Of a stretch of DNA of 64,000 nucleotides, positions 20,093 through 31,100 are shown piece after piece. The position numbers were made by a program, and so were the translations under genes. Source of the stretch: Methanobacteriota archaeon (GTDB taxonomy: Archaea; Thermoplasmatota; E2; DHVEG-1); NCBI GenBank assembly GCA_043806635.1, contig JAZDGT010000038.1:14641-78640 (forward strand), written 5' to 3'. Under the pieces are notes generated by a model. The model searched no databases. It worked only from the letters and a program-made list of their open reading frames with translations, and was not told the origin of the DNA. Position 1 is the first letter of the stretch, and the number at the start of each line of letters is the position of its first letter.

Positions 20093-21382
20093 ATGATTTT
20101 GACGCTCCTTGGTGTTTTGATCGCATTCATCCTCATTATCGTCTTGATCCGGAAGCATTTTAATTTCGGGTTATCTCTCCTTCTTGGGGCACTCATTGTG
20201 GGTGTGTTTTCTCTTGATACGATTTCTCTTCTTGATATCCCGAAGGCATTTGTTGAGGCAAGCGTGTATTCATTCGCTGATCATCAGATTGTGACGGAGA
20301 CGATCGAGCTTGCAATTCTCCTCATGGTAGTCTATCTGCTTGCGAAATGTATGCAGGAGACGTGTGCGATCCCGCGTCTCATTCAGAGTCTGAAAACGTT
20401 TTTTTCCAAAGGCGGAACTCTCGGTTTGATCCCCGCGGTCTATGGTCTTATGCCGGTCCCTGGGGGTGCATTATTTTCTGCGCCGTTCATGGATGCTGAG
20501 GGGGAGAAACATCGTCTTAATCCGAACCAGAAAAACTTGTTGAACATCTGGTTTCGTCATATCTGGTTCCCTATTTACCCGATCTCCTCTGCCATGTTGC
20601 TTATCTGCAGCCAGGATTTTTCAAATATAAACATTTTCTTGCTCATGGGTGCGAATATCCCTGCGTTTCTTGCATTCATAGTAATCGGTGCGGTCTTCCT
20701 GAATCATTATACGAAAAAACCATCTGAGTCTCCTGCTGTATTTCGAAAAAAGGAGTATCGAGGACTCATGTTTCTTCTCCCTCCTATACTACCCGTGTTT
20801 CTTTACTTGGTCTTCCTCGTGTTCATCGATTTTGCCACGATTCGGTTGTATGAGCGTCTTATTTTTATTGCAGGGGTCCTCCTCAGTATTCTCGTTCTTT
20901 TTTTTCTTTCAAAATCAGATTGGAAAACCTATAGTGGGATCCTGAGAAAAAATGTTTCATGGAATCTTGCTTTTGTTATTTTCGGTATCATGATTTTTCG
21001 GCAGATGTTCGAAGTCGCGAAGGCGAACGAGTACATCGCGAACGTCTTCGTCGCATTTTCGCTCCCTGCGTTATTGATGATTGTCCTCATCCCTTTCTTG
21101 TTGGGGCTTATCACGGGGTATAATCTGGGGGCTGTCGCGTTATCGTATTTCCTTGTTCAGCCGTTTTTCCTTGTGACGAATATCACTATTGTGGGGTTAA
21201 CCAGCATTATTTTTCTGAGTTCGCTGGTCGGGTATTTGATTTCCCCGATTCATCTGTGTAACGTGCTGAGTAGTGATTATTTAAAAACTGATCCAACGCG
21301 GATCTATAAGTTGTTTATCCCTGCGTCGCTGTGTCTTCTTGTGGTTCAGGTCGTGTTCGTGGTTTTATTCATGAGACTCTGA
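20093..21382 (+). CDS. Polytopic membrane protein (possibly DUF401/ion-transporter superfamily)
   Basis: 429 aa with at least 10 predicted TM segments. Family assignment is from memory only. Confidence 0.5.
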   Translation: MILTLLGVLIAFILIIVLIRKHFNFGLSLLLGALIVGVFSLDTISLLDIPKAFVEASVYSFADHQIVTETIELAILLMVVYLLAKCMQETCAIPRLIQSLKTFFSKGGTLGLIPAVYGLMPVPGGALFSAPFMDAEGEKHRLNPNQKNLLNIWFRHIWFPIYPISSAMLLICSQDFSNINIFLLMGANIPAFLAFIVIGAVFLNHYTKKPSESPAVFRKKEYRGLMFLLPPILPVFLYLVFLVFIDFATIRLYERLIFIAGVLLSILVLFFLSKSDWKTYSGILRKNVSWNLAFVIFGIMIFRQMFEVAKANEYIANVFVAFSLPALLMIVLIPFLLGLITGYNLGAVALSYFLVQPFFLVTNITIVGLTSIIFLSSLVGYLISPIHLCNVLSSDYLKTDPTRIYKLFIPASLCLLVVQVVFVVLFMRL

Positions 21383-21396
21383 GGATGCTGTAGGTT

Positions 21397-21618
21397 TTAT
21401 ATTTTGAATTCCTGCATTTTTTTCTTGGTTCGGCGTCCTACTTCACAGGTGGTGATGTTCATGATGGAGTTCATCGCGATCGCGGAGCGGCCGACTTCGG
21501 TTTGAAAAATGATGCTTTCTCCGACGATGTCCGTGATCGTCCCCTGTAATGTCTCCCCGGTATCTTTTATGAGTTTCACGTATTGAGTTTTAAATGGTTC
21601 GACAAGGTTTTTTTCCAT
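21397..21618 (-). CDS. Small hypothetical protein
   Basis: Start at MEKNLVEPF is preceded by GAGAGGTG 5 nt upstream. 73 aa with a basic C-terminus. Confidence 0.35.
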   Translation of the reverse strand: MEKNLVEPFKTQYVKLIKDTGETLQGTITDIVGESIIFQTEVGRSAIAMNSIMNITTCEVGRRTKKKMQEFKI

Positions 21619-21755
21619 CGTGCACCTCTCTTCTTTTTCTATTTGGTTATGAGTATTCATCGCATCTGTTATATTTAATTCTATAGGTGCCATCCCAGGA
21701 GGGGGAACGGTGGATGATAAAGCTTTTATAAAAACAGCACCTCCCTCCCCCCTGT

Positions 21756-23345
21756 ATGGAAGCATCTAGGATTCTAACGAGTTTATGTGATCCAAAGTTT
21801 TATGATGTCCCCGTATCCAAAGTACGGGTGATTCAGACGCATATCTCGTTTGTTGCGCTCACCGGATCGTATGCGTATAAGGTTAAGAAACCGGTGAATT
21901 TCGGTTTTCTTGATTTCTCCACGCTTGAGAAACGAAAATATTTTTGTGAAGAAGAACTGAGGTTGAATCGGCGTCTCTGCCCTGATGTCTATTTGGATGT
22001 CCTGCCTGTTACCAGTGAAGATGATACCCTTCGACTCAACGGTAAAGGAACCGTTGTTGATTATGCGTTGAAGATGAACGAGTTCCCTCAAGAAAATATT
22101 ATGACGAATCTCTTACAAAAAGGACGTATAACGGAGGAGACTATCGAACATATTTGTTCGATTCTTGTTGATTTTTATGCGAAAGAGAAACGATCACCAG
22201 AGATTGATGAATACGGAAAGCTCGCTGCGGTGAAGCAGAACATTGATGAGAATTTTAAGCAAACCACATCTGTGGTTGATGTGACGATTCCGAATAAGAC
22301 GTATCAGTTTCTGAAGGATGCAAATGCAGAGTATTTCAAGAAAAAAAGTGAGGTGTTCGACCAGCGTATCCGGGAGGAGCGTATCCATGATTGTCATGGT
22401 GATCTGCATTCCGGGAATATTGTCGTCTCTGGGAAAAAAATCTTTATCTTTGATTGTATCGAGTTTAACAAACGTTTCCGTTTTTGCGATGTCGCCTCTG
22501 ATATCGGTTTTTTAGCGATGGATCTCGATTATCAGAATCAGCCGTATCTCTCTAGTTATCTCATCAATTGTTATCGAGAAAAAAGCGGTGATACCAGTCT
22601 TTTTACAGTATTGAATTTTTATAAATCGTATCGAGCATACGTGCGTGGGAAAGTCCTTGGGTTCCAGTTAAGTGATCCTCATGTTGAGTCTGCGAGGAAG
22701 CAGGAGATTGTGTCGACTGCGGGGAAGTATTTCGCGTTATCTGAGTATTACGCGCGATTATTTTCGCTTGATGTGTCTCATCCGAAGTCGTTGTTGTTTG
22801 TGGTGAGCGGGTTAACGGGTACGGGGAAGTCGACGGTGGCGGCGAAGATCGCGGTGGATTATCATGCATGTCAGATTAATACGGATGTGGTGCGGAAGCA
22901 GCGTGCGGGTGTTGATGTGTTTGAGCGTCATCATGATCAGTTCAACACGGGGTTGTATGACCCGAGAAATGTTGATGCGACGTATACGTCGGTGATTGAG
23001 GAAGCCAGAAAACGACTCGTAAAGGGTGAGAATGTGGTGTTGGATGCGACGTTCCAGAAGCAGAAATACCGGGAGTTGGCGCGCATGCTTGCGCAGGATA
23101 CTGGTTCTATGTTAATCCTGGTGTATTGTCGTTGTCCTGATGCGGTGGTGAAACACCGTTTACTGGAGCGGGTGAAGAAGAAATCGATTTCTGATGGTCG
23201 ATGGGAGATTTACCTACGGCAGAAGGAAACCTTTGAATCGTTCACAAAAAAAGAGAATGCATTGGAGATGGATACTTCTCAGACGTCCTCTGAGTATCGT
23301 CAAGGTTTTTTTATCAGCCTCCTTAATAAGGTGCAGGGGATGTAG
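21756..23345 (+). CDS. Bifunctional aminoglycoside-phosphotransferase-like / P-loop kinase protein
   Basis: The N-terminal half has a kinase-like HGDLHSGN catalytic loop and IFDCIEF (DxD-type). The C-terminal half has P-loop GLTGTGKST. TAG stop at 23343-23345. Confidence 0.7.
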   Translation: MEASRILTSLCDPKFYDVPVSKVRVIQTHISFVALTGSYAYKVKKPVNFGFLDFSTLEKRKYFCEEELRLNRRLCPDVYLDVLPVTSEDDTLRLNGKGTVVDYALKMNEFPQENIMTNLLQKGRITEETIEHICSILVDFYAKEKRSPEIDEYGKLAAVKQNIDENFKQTTSVVDVTIPNKTYQFLKDANAEYFKKKSEVFDQRIREERIHDCHGDLHSGNIVVSGKKIFIFDCIEFNKRFRFCDVASDIGFLAMDLDYQNQPYLSSYLINCYREKSGDTSLFTVLNFYKSYRAYVRGKVLGFQLSDPHVESARKQEIVSTAGKYFALSEYYARLFSLDVSHPKSLLFVVSGLTGTGKSTVAAKIAVDYHACQINTDVVRKQRAGVDVFERHHDQFNTGLYDPRNVDATYTSVIEEARKRLVKGENVVLDATFQKQKYRELARMLAQDTGSMLILVYCRCPDAVVKHRLLERVKKKSISDGRWEIYLRQKETFESFTKKENALEMDTSQTSSEYRQGFFISLLNKVQGM

Positions 23346-23351
23346 GCGAGT

Positions 23352-24371
23352 ATGGAACTCTTTGGGTACACGCTTGATGTTGAGACGCCAGTGAAAGACA
23401 TTATCGGGAAAGGATATCATACGATCGCGGTGCAGCTCCCGGATGGGTTGAAGAACGGGGCATTACCCCTTGTCGAGTACCTAAAAAAGGAGACGAACGC
23501 ACATATTATATTACTTGCGGACCCGTGTTATGGTGCCTGTGACCTAGCAAATTATGAGTTGAAGAACCTGGATGTGGATTGCATCCTGCATCTTGGTCAT
23601 ACGCCTATTTCTGATGTGGAGAATTACTGGATCCCCACCTACTTCGTGAACGCATTCTCTAATCTGGATGTGACGGGTATCGTTGAAAAAGCAGTACCGT
23701 TTCTTAAGGGGAAACACATAGGTTTAGTCACCACAGCACAGCATCTTCATATGCTTCAGAACGCAGCGGAGGTTCTTCAGAGTCATGGATTTGATCCCGT
23801 GATTGGTGAAGGCGACGACCGTGTAAGTGAAAAGGGTCAGATTCTTGGGTGTAATTTTTCTGCAGGAACCCGCATCATGGACCAGGTTGACTCGTTCTTA
23901 TTCATCGGCAGCGGCATGTTTCACCCGGTTGGTTTATTGTTGAGTACGAAGAAACCAGTGGTTGCTGCGGACCCATATACGAATACGGTGAAAATAGATG
24001 AGCTCGATGAACTCAAGGATATTATGTTGAAACAACGGTATGGAGCGATTGTTGCGGCAAGAACCGCGAAAACCTTCGGCGTACTCGTCGGGTTGAAGCG
24101 GGGGCAGCAGCGGTTACCGCTCGCGTATTCTGTTATCATGATGCTTGATGCTGTGCAGAAAAAATCTGTGCTCTTGGCTACGGATACGTTCTCACCGGTT
24201 ACTCTGCAAAGTTTTCCCACGGTTGACTGTTTTATTTCCACCGCGTGCCCACGGATCGCCATCGATGATTATATGCAGTACAAAAAACCGGTTATCACCC
24301 CTGTTGAACTTGAAATCGCGTTGGGGAAGCGAACCTGGGATGAGTATGCGTTTGATCAGATCGTCCCATAG
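23352..24371 (+). CDS. dph2: Diphthamide synthesis radical-SAM enzyme Dph2
   Basis: Collinear with archaeal Dph2 (AVQLPDGLK, LADPCYGACD, ...ACPR). 339 aa. TAG stop at 24369-24371. Confidence 0.85.
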   Translation: MELFGYTLDVETPVKDIIGKGYHTIAVQLPDGLKNGALPLVEYLKKETNAHIILLADPCYGACDLANYELKNLDVDCILHLGHTPISDVENYWIPTYFVNAFSNLDVTGIVEKAVPFLKGKHIGLVTTAQHLHMLQNAAEVLQSHGFDPVIGEGDDRVSEKGQILGCNFSAGTRIMDQVDSFLFIGSGMFHPVGLLLSTKKPVVAADPYTNTVKIDELDELKDIMLKQRYGAIVAARTAKTFGVLVGLKRGQQRLPLAYSVIMMLDAVQKKSVLLATDTFSPVTLQSFPTVDCFISTACPRIAIDDYMQYKKPVITPVELEIALGKRTWDEYAFDQIVP

Positions 24372-24410
24372 GTTTTTTATGTCCTCATTGTTTTGTCTGA
24401 TGGTTGGATT

Positions 24411-25064
24411 ATGAGTACGCTCCCTTTAGGTTGTCCACCGCTTGATGAGTTACTCAGCGGTGGTATAGAACGTGGTATTATCACAAAACTGTTCGGGGAG
24501 GCGGGGACCGGGAAGACCAACATATTGTTGCAGGCGTGTCGGGAATGCGTGCGACTCGGTGGGAAAGCAGCGTATATCGACACGGAGAGTGTCTCTGTTG
24601 AGCGACTCCGTCAGATCTGTACCCCAGAAGAATACAAAAAGACGTTGGATAACATCTTGTTTTTTTGTCCAACCTCGTTCAAGGAACAGGAGAAAACCAT
24701 CACGGAGACGCTCACGTTAAAGACCATTAAGCTCCTAGTGGTTGATACGATCACGATGTTGTATCGTGGTGAGCTCGATAGTAATACGGATGGTGCCCAT
24801 CGATCCTTTGTTCGTCAGATGACCACGTTGCAGATGGCGGCACGAAAACGTGGGTTGTATGTGATTGTTGCTGAACAAGTGTATACTGATCAACAAGATG
24901 AGATTAAACCGTTCACCTGCAAAGAAACCGAGCATATGAGTAAAACCGTGATAAAACTGGAACGGAAACGAGCGGGGGTACGGCAAGCTACGTTGATGAA
25001 GCATCGGTTTCAACCTGAGGGGAAAACCGCATTGTTTCGTATTACTCAGAACGGGTTAGCATAA
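24411..25064 (+). CDS. radB: DNA repair and recombination protein RadB
   Basis: LDELLSGGIERGIITKLFGEAGTGKTN (Walker A), Walker B LLVVD. Short RecA-core-only protein of about 217 aa, typical of RadB. ATG 24411 preferred over TTG 24393. Confidence 0.85.
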   Translation: MSTLPLGCPPLDELLSGGIERGIITKLFGEAGTGKTNILLQACRECVRLGGKAAYIDTESVSVERLRQICTPEEYKKTLDNILFFCPTSFKEQEKTITETLTLKTIKLLVVDTITMLYRGELDSNTDGAHRSFVRQMTTLQMAARKRGLYVIVAEQVYTDQQDEIKPFTCKETEHMSKTVIKLERKRAGVRQATLMKHRFQPEGKTALFRITQNGLA

Positions 25065-25114
25065 ACGAAAAAAATAACTTTTTTTGTGTCCCTTATTTTT
25101 TTTCGCTTTACCAA

Positions 25115-28100
25115 TTATTTTATTGTGAATTGGTTGAGTTCACCAGTTGTTTTGTTTAGAGAAACCGTGAAAACGGTGCCATTCGGATGATTAAAGACGA
25201 TGATCATGGTATTTACTGTATAGGTTGGTGTTTTGAGAACAGCGGACTCCGTAAACGTTTGATCTAATTCTGTGGGGTCGTATCGTAATACGTCATGAAC
25301 CAGTTGTTGTGCTTTACTGATGTAGATATTATTGAGTTGGGTGGTTTGTTTGTTTTTCTGCGTGGTTTGCACTTGTTTTATCTCATCTTTTGTGAACCCG
25401 TGTGGTTTGGCTGTATTCAACGTTAGCAGAGTTGTGTCTACTGGTGGACTATTTTGTGGTGGATCCGTGATCACTACGTATTTGTTATCGTAGTAATCAT
25501 CAGGAACGTTTAGTCGTTGGAAATAGGTGTTGGTGAAGTATTCTGCGGTGACGTAGGTGTTATCCCCTAGACCGCCCGTGCTCGGATCATTCACCCAGAA
25601 CCCGTAGATTGTTACTGGTCCGTTGAGGAGTTCATGATCACCAGGAATACTCGTATCCCACATACTGCGATTCGTATGAATACCGCGGATCACCATCCAA
25701 TGGTTGTAGTCTCCACCGGTGGGGACTGCGATCGGGACGTGATACGGATGACCCAGTTTCGGTGCATCCACTATTCTGTGTTCGTTTGATCCGCTGATGT
25801 TGTAATCTAGCCAGATCACTGCGCTCTTCAACGCATCCACTGCTTGATCATGTGCAGAGGGGTTGAAGAAGTACCCATAGATCCACCCATTCTGGTAATC
25901 GTTTATTTCGGTGTTCAAGCCACCGCAGAGTTCACTGGTGTTGATCCTGTCTCCACCGCTGTAGTTGTCGTAGAAGATTTGCTCGTTATAGAGGTCTTGT
26001 GGTTGGGGGTAGATGGTGTTGTTCCACATGCAATAATCAAGCATCTGCTTCATCACCATCGCACCACTGTCCACCTGGGATAAATAATAGGGGAAGCTTT
26101 TCAAGTCACGATAATGGATGTCTAAGATAAGATCGAGGTGGATACACCCTGACAGCAAATCATTTCGAGTGACGATGTGCTCGCTGACATTAATATTTTC
26201 TTCGTCATCCTTTGCTATGATTCGAAGAGGATCGGAGATGTTTATGATATCTCCGACATCGAAAATACGAGCATAGTGATGATTTATTGTTTCAGCTTGC
26301 CATCGCTGACCCGTATTCAGGTTAACAATATTGACGACGAGATTATCAACTGGTGTCATGTTAACGTAGTGACATACTCCTGAGATTGAGAATCCCCATG
26401 GTTTCATTAATGGGTACATATCAATATTATTATCTCCTGTGATATTGTAGGGGATGTCTCCGATGCCATCGCCTCCTGAAATGTTTTGATTAGGACCCGA
26501 GAACCGATCACTACCATCATAGTCAGACCAGTAGTTGCCACCAGAAGGATATTCTAAGTTCCAGGAATTAGAATAAGGATCAATTGCATCTCGGGTATTA
26601 TTTATAAAGTTATTATGAAAAATAACGTTGGTATAAGAATTATCTGTTAAATCAATGCCTTGTATATTTTCTGTGATTTTATTCTTTGAGATAGTGTTGT
26701 TATTACTCGCACCTAAAAATATTGCTATACCATTTTCTGAAAGGGTATTTTCGATGATTTGATTGATATCAGAATCATAGCAGTATATTCCATATCCATT
26801 ACTTGAAAGAGTATTGTTTATCAAAGTATTATTGTCACTCGCTTGAATACCAATTCCAAATTCACTATTGCTTAAGATATTGCTTTTTGAAATATTGTTC
26901 CTATCTGACAAATAAATATTAGCACCACATGAATTATTTGACATGATTAATTCCATAAAAAAATTATTATCGGATTGTATCAGATAGATACCAAATCCAT
27001 TATTTTTTAAAGAGATTCCTGATATTGAGGAATTATGTGTATTTAAAAGTTCTATGCCCACTGTTGTATTGGATAAATCTTGGTTTTGAATCGTAATGTT
27101 ATAACAATCTAATAATATGATTTGTCCTACAATTTCGTCTAAAATTGTATCTGACACATTCATAAGATAAATAAGAGGCTTATCATTCACTGTATTGTTA
27201 AAGACTATATTTTTTTCCAAACTAAAAACAAAGAGTCCGGTATGAACGAAGATATTCTCGATGATGGTATTGTTGGCAGATCCTAGATGTATACCTTCAA
27301 AAATATTTAGGTATATATTTTTTATAATAGTGTTATTTTCTGAGGATGAAAGAAATATACCTGTAGTGGTGTTAATAAAAACGTTATCTGAAATAGTATT
27401 ATTGTTAGAATTATGAGGATATACACCATACCAACTGTTACTGATTGTAAATGTGCTGATATGAACACCATCAACAGTTATTCGGATACCTGCTCCGCTT
27501 TCCTCGCTGTCGATAATCGTGTTATTTTTATCTTCACCTGTCAAATTTATTGTCTTGTTGATAACCAAATGTTCATAATATATTCCGTTATAAACAAAGA
27601 CTATATCACCAGTTGTTGCATTATTTATTCCTTCTTGGATTGTTCGAACATGCGTTTCATCATACCATTCAGGGGAAGCATCATCATCAACATACACTAT
27701 AGATTGAATGTGTAGTTCTTCCTCCTCTCCAAATGTTGTAAAAGAGTCTGGATCATTTTGATTCTTGTATTCTGTCGATATCCACGCATAACTACGCGTC
27801 GTGTTCGAGATACGTATTTCGTCAAGTAAACCACCATACAGGTAAGTACTCACCGCGTCCCATCGTGCGATACTCGCACGGTTCACTAGAGGAGCATCTA
27901 CAACGTTGGTGTTGTTTCCCCTCCAGACACCATCAATAAAAAAACGATGATCCGTACGGCTATAAGACACACCGACAGCATGATGCCAAGCTGAATCACG
28001 ATATTGTCCTGCAGGAGTAATCTCCGCTTCTTGACCACCATTTCGAATATTCCAACGGAGTAGTCCACTACCAAAATATATCTGTGCCCTCTTCGAACTA

Positions 28101-31100
28101 TCACTTGAATCACCTTGGTACACCATTGTCATACTGTTATCAGTTGATCCTGTTCTGAACCAGCATTCAAACGTAAACGGATACTGCTCCACTGTCCCCA
28201 TATCAGGGAGATTAACATAATCATTACTCCCATCAAACCCTACTGCTGTACCGATTTTTCCTTCCTCATTATACATGATGCCACCAGATTGTATTCCATC
28301 GTTATGGTGTCTAGAAGAATCAGAAAGAACTCCAGATGGTTCTTCAAAATGTTGTACAAGATGATAACCAGCATCCCAGGTTCCTTCGACATTTTGTTGA
28401 TTCATACAAAACTTATTCCCATAATACAAATATAAAACAATATCATGTGATTGAGGTAAATACGGAATGTTTACCCAAGCAAAAAGTTCGCCGGTTAAAT
28501 CGGAATACGATTCGATTTCATGGTTGAGTTGAGAGCCATCATTGGTTGTAAAAACAATATCATCGCCATCCGGTTGAACATGCGATGTGTCCAAAGTGGT
28601 GTGTACAAAAATTGGGAAATTAAACAGATTTGAATCCACTTTCATATGATTTATCGAAATACTTTTTCTATATTGCCAGTTAGTATTCCACCATGGGCCC
28701 TCATAACCTGCTTCTTCAGTCGTGAACGACCAGAAAGGTCCAGAGGTAGACATACCATGATTATCCCAGGCGATGACCCTCCAGTAATAGGTGGTATTGT
28801 ACACTGTTGTCTCTGGATAATAAATGGTTGTTGTTTGATTACTGATTTCTTTTGATAATGGAAACTCGATTCCATAATACAAATCATAGGTAACCGTATC
28901 CTCAGGATCCGGGTCTCCACCAGTCCAGTTTAAATAAGTATCAATATTCACATTTACAGATCCATTAATGGGATCAGGGTTACTCGGTGGATACGGTGGA
29001 TTCGTAATCACTACTTGGAGCGCAGGTGAAAAGTCGCTTTCATGTCCGTACGTATTTTTTGCTTTCACTTTCACAGTATACACTCCAGGTGTGCTCCATG
29101 AGTGAGGAGTATTGACTATTATTCCAGATTGGTATTCTCCTGTCCATTCATCGACGATATCATTCCCATCCCAATCCCAACCATACATGATATTTTCATC
29201 ATATGGATCGAACGAAGATGTTGAATAATTATACAAATTGTTGGGAGAACCAAGAGTTGGTCCATCAGGTATATTTGGTACAGTTGGCGCCATTTGATCA
29301 TATTTATCAGGATATGCTGCAATCCATGATACCCAAGCGGTACCACCAAAATTTCCTTGATACTCCATGATAGAAATGGTAAACCCACTACTGGATGAAC
29401 TAAGGGGATATGAAATTGAAGAAGCAGTACTTCTTTCAGCATTGGTTACAACATGCGGGGAACTTGGAAATTGAATAGTGTATGATACCACGGTTTGATC
29501 TCTAATAAATGAGCACCGTGATTCGATTTTGAGGTTGGATTGTAGATCAACATATTGATTTGGATAGATAGCAATCCAGTACACCATTGCATTATAGACA
29601 GGATGATTATCGTGATCATTTAAGATTATAATAAAATTAGTCGCTTGAGCGTCCTTTACATTAGAAATAATTGGTACCCCATCTACATTTCCGTTTGTGA
29701 GTACAACTGGCGAAGCGGGAAAACTATGATTAAAATAAATTGTTGTATGATCACTATGTAAACCATATCCTGCTTCGATACGTAATTCCTGAGAATTCGA
29801 ATATTCGTCTGGATACATTGCAATCCAAAATACTTGTACATTTTGAACTTCAACACCGTTATGATCAATGAGAGCTAATCGAAATCCATCAGTTGTTACA
29901 TTCAAAGGACATGATATTACTGGTTTTTCGGTATCAATGGAATTCGCACAGGTAACAACACGTGGGGGAATTGGAAAATGAAAATTATAAGAGATATAAT
30001 CGTCATTATCAAATACTCCATTTCCTGTTTTGATAATAAGTCCGGATTCTGTGGTCACATTTTGGGTATTCCACTGACTTTCATCATTATAGATATCCTT
30101 TGCTTTTACTTTTAAACTAAATGTATCCATAGTAAACCAAGTATGATTTACCGTGATCATGAAATCAGAGTGATACGGACCAATCCATTCTGAAGATGAA
30201 TTGTCTCCCCAATCAATATAATAGTAAACGTCATCTAAATTGGGATCATTCGTCATAAAATAATAAGAATATTCCTCATCTTTGTTTAAAACGGATGGAC
30301 CAATGATTGTTGGTTTTATTGGCGGATCATTGATTCCAGTTACGTTAATTATCTCTATATGAGTCTGTTGGTAACCATCATTATCACCAATTGTCAACTC
30401 CACCAGATATTGATCGTATTGTGAATAATTATGAATTGGGCAGACCCCAGTACTATTTGTTCCATCGCTGAACTCCCAATGATACCATTCGATTAAACCA
30501 TCTCTATCATAGGAGGAAGTGGCATTAAACATTACCGTAAAATTACTGATGATGTAACTGAAATTCGCGACAGGTCTATTTTTGCCCCATTCATATATCA
30601 ATGGATATCGATCTTGGCGACTTCCACCTGAAATATTATGGGGTGTTTCTCCAAGACCATCAAAATCAGTATCATGTCCAGTATAATCATCCCAATAGTT
30701 ACCCCCATCAGGGAAACCGTCATCCCAAACATTATACAGATTACTGTCTCTTGCATTTATATTATTGTTTACAAAATTATTGTGATAAACATGATTATTA
30801 GAAGTGCCACTTTCTAGGATGACGCCACCTTCTCTACTATTTAAAAACATATTCTGATAAATAAAATGGTTAACAGAACGAGCTCCAATAGATACACACC
30901 TGTTATTATTAAAGAAATAATTTTGGATTACGTAATTACTTGAACTTTCAGTAAAACTAAGACCATTTCCAGTATTATTACTAAAAACATTGTTCATGAA
31001 GATGTTGCCGCCACTACTAAATGCGTATACGCCATCTCCACCGTTACTTTCGAATGTATTATTAGAAATAGTATTTCCACTATTTGAACTCCTCATGTTA

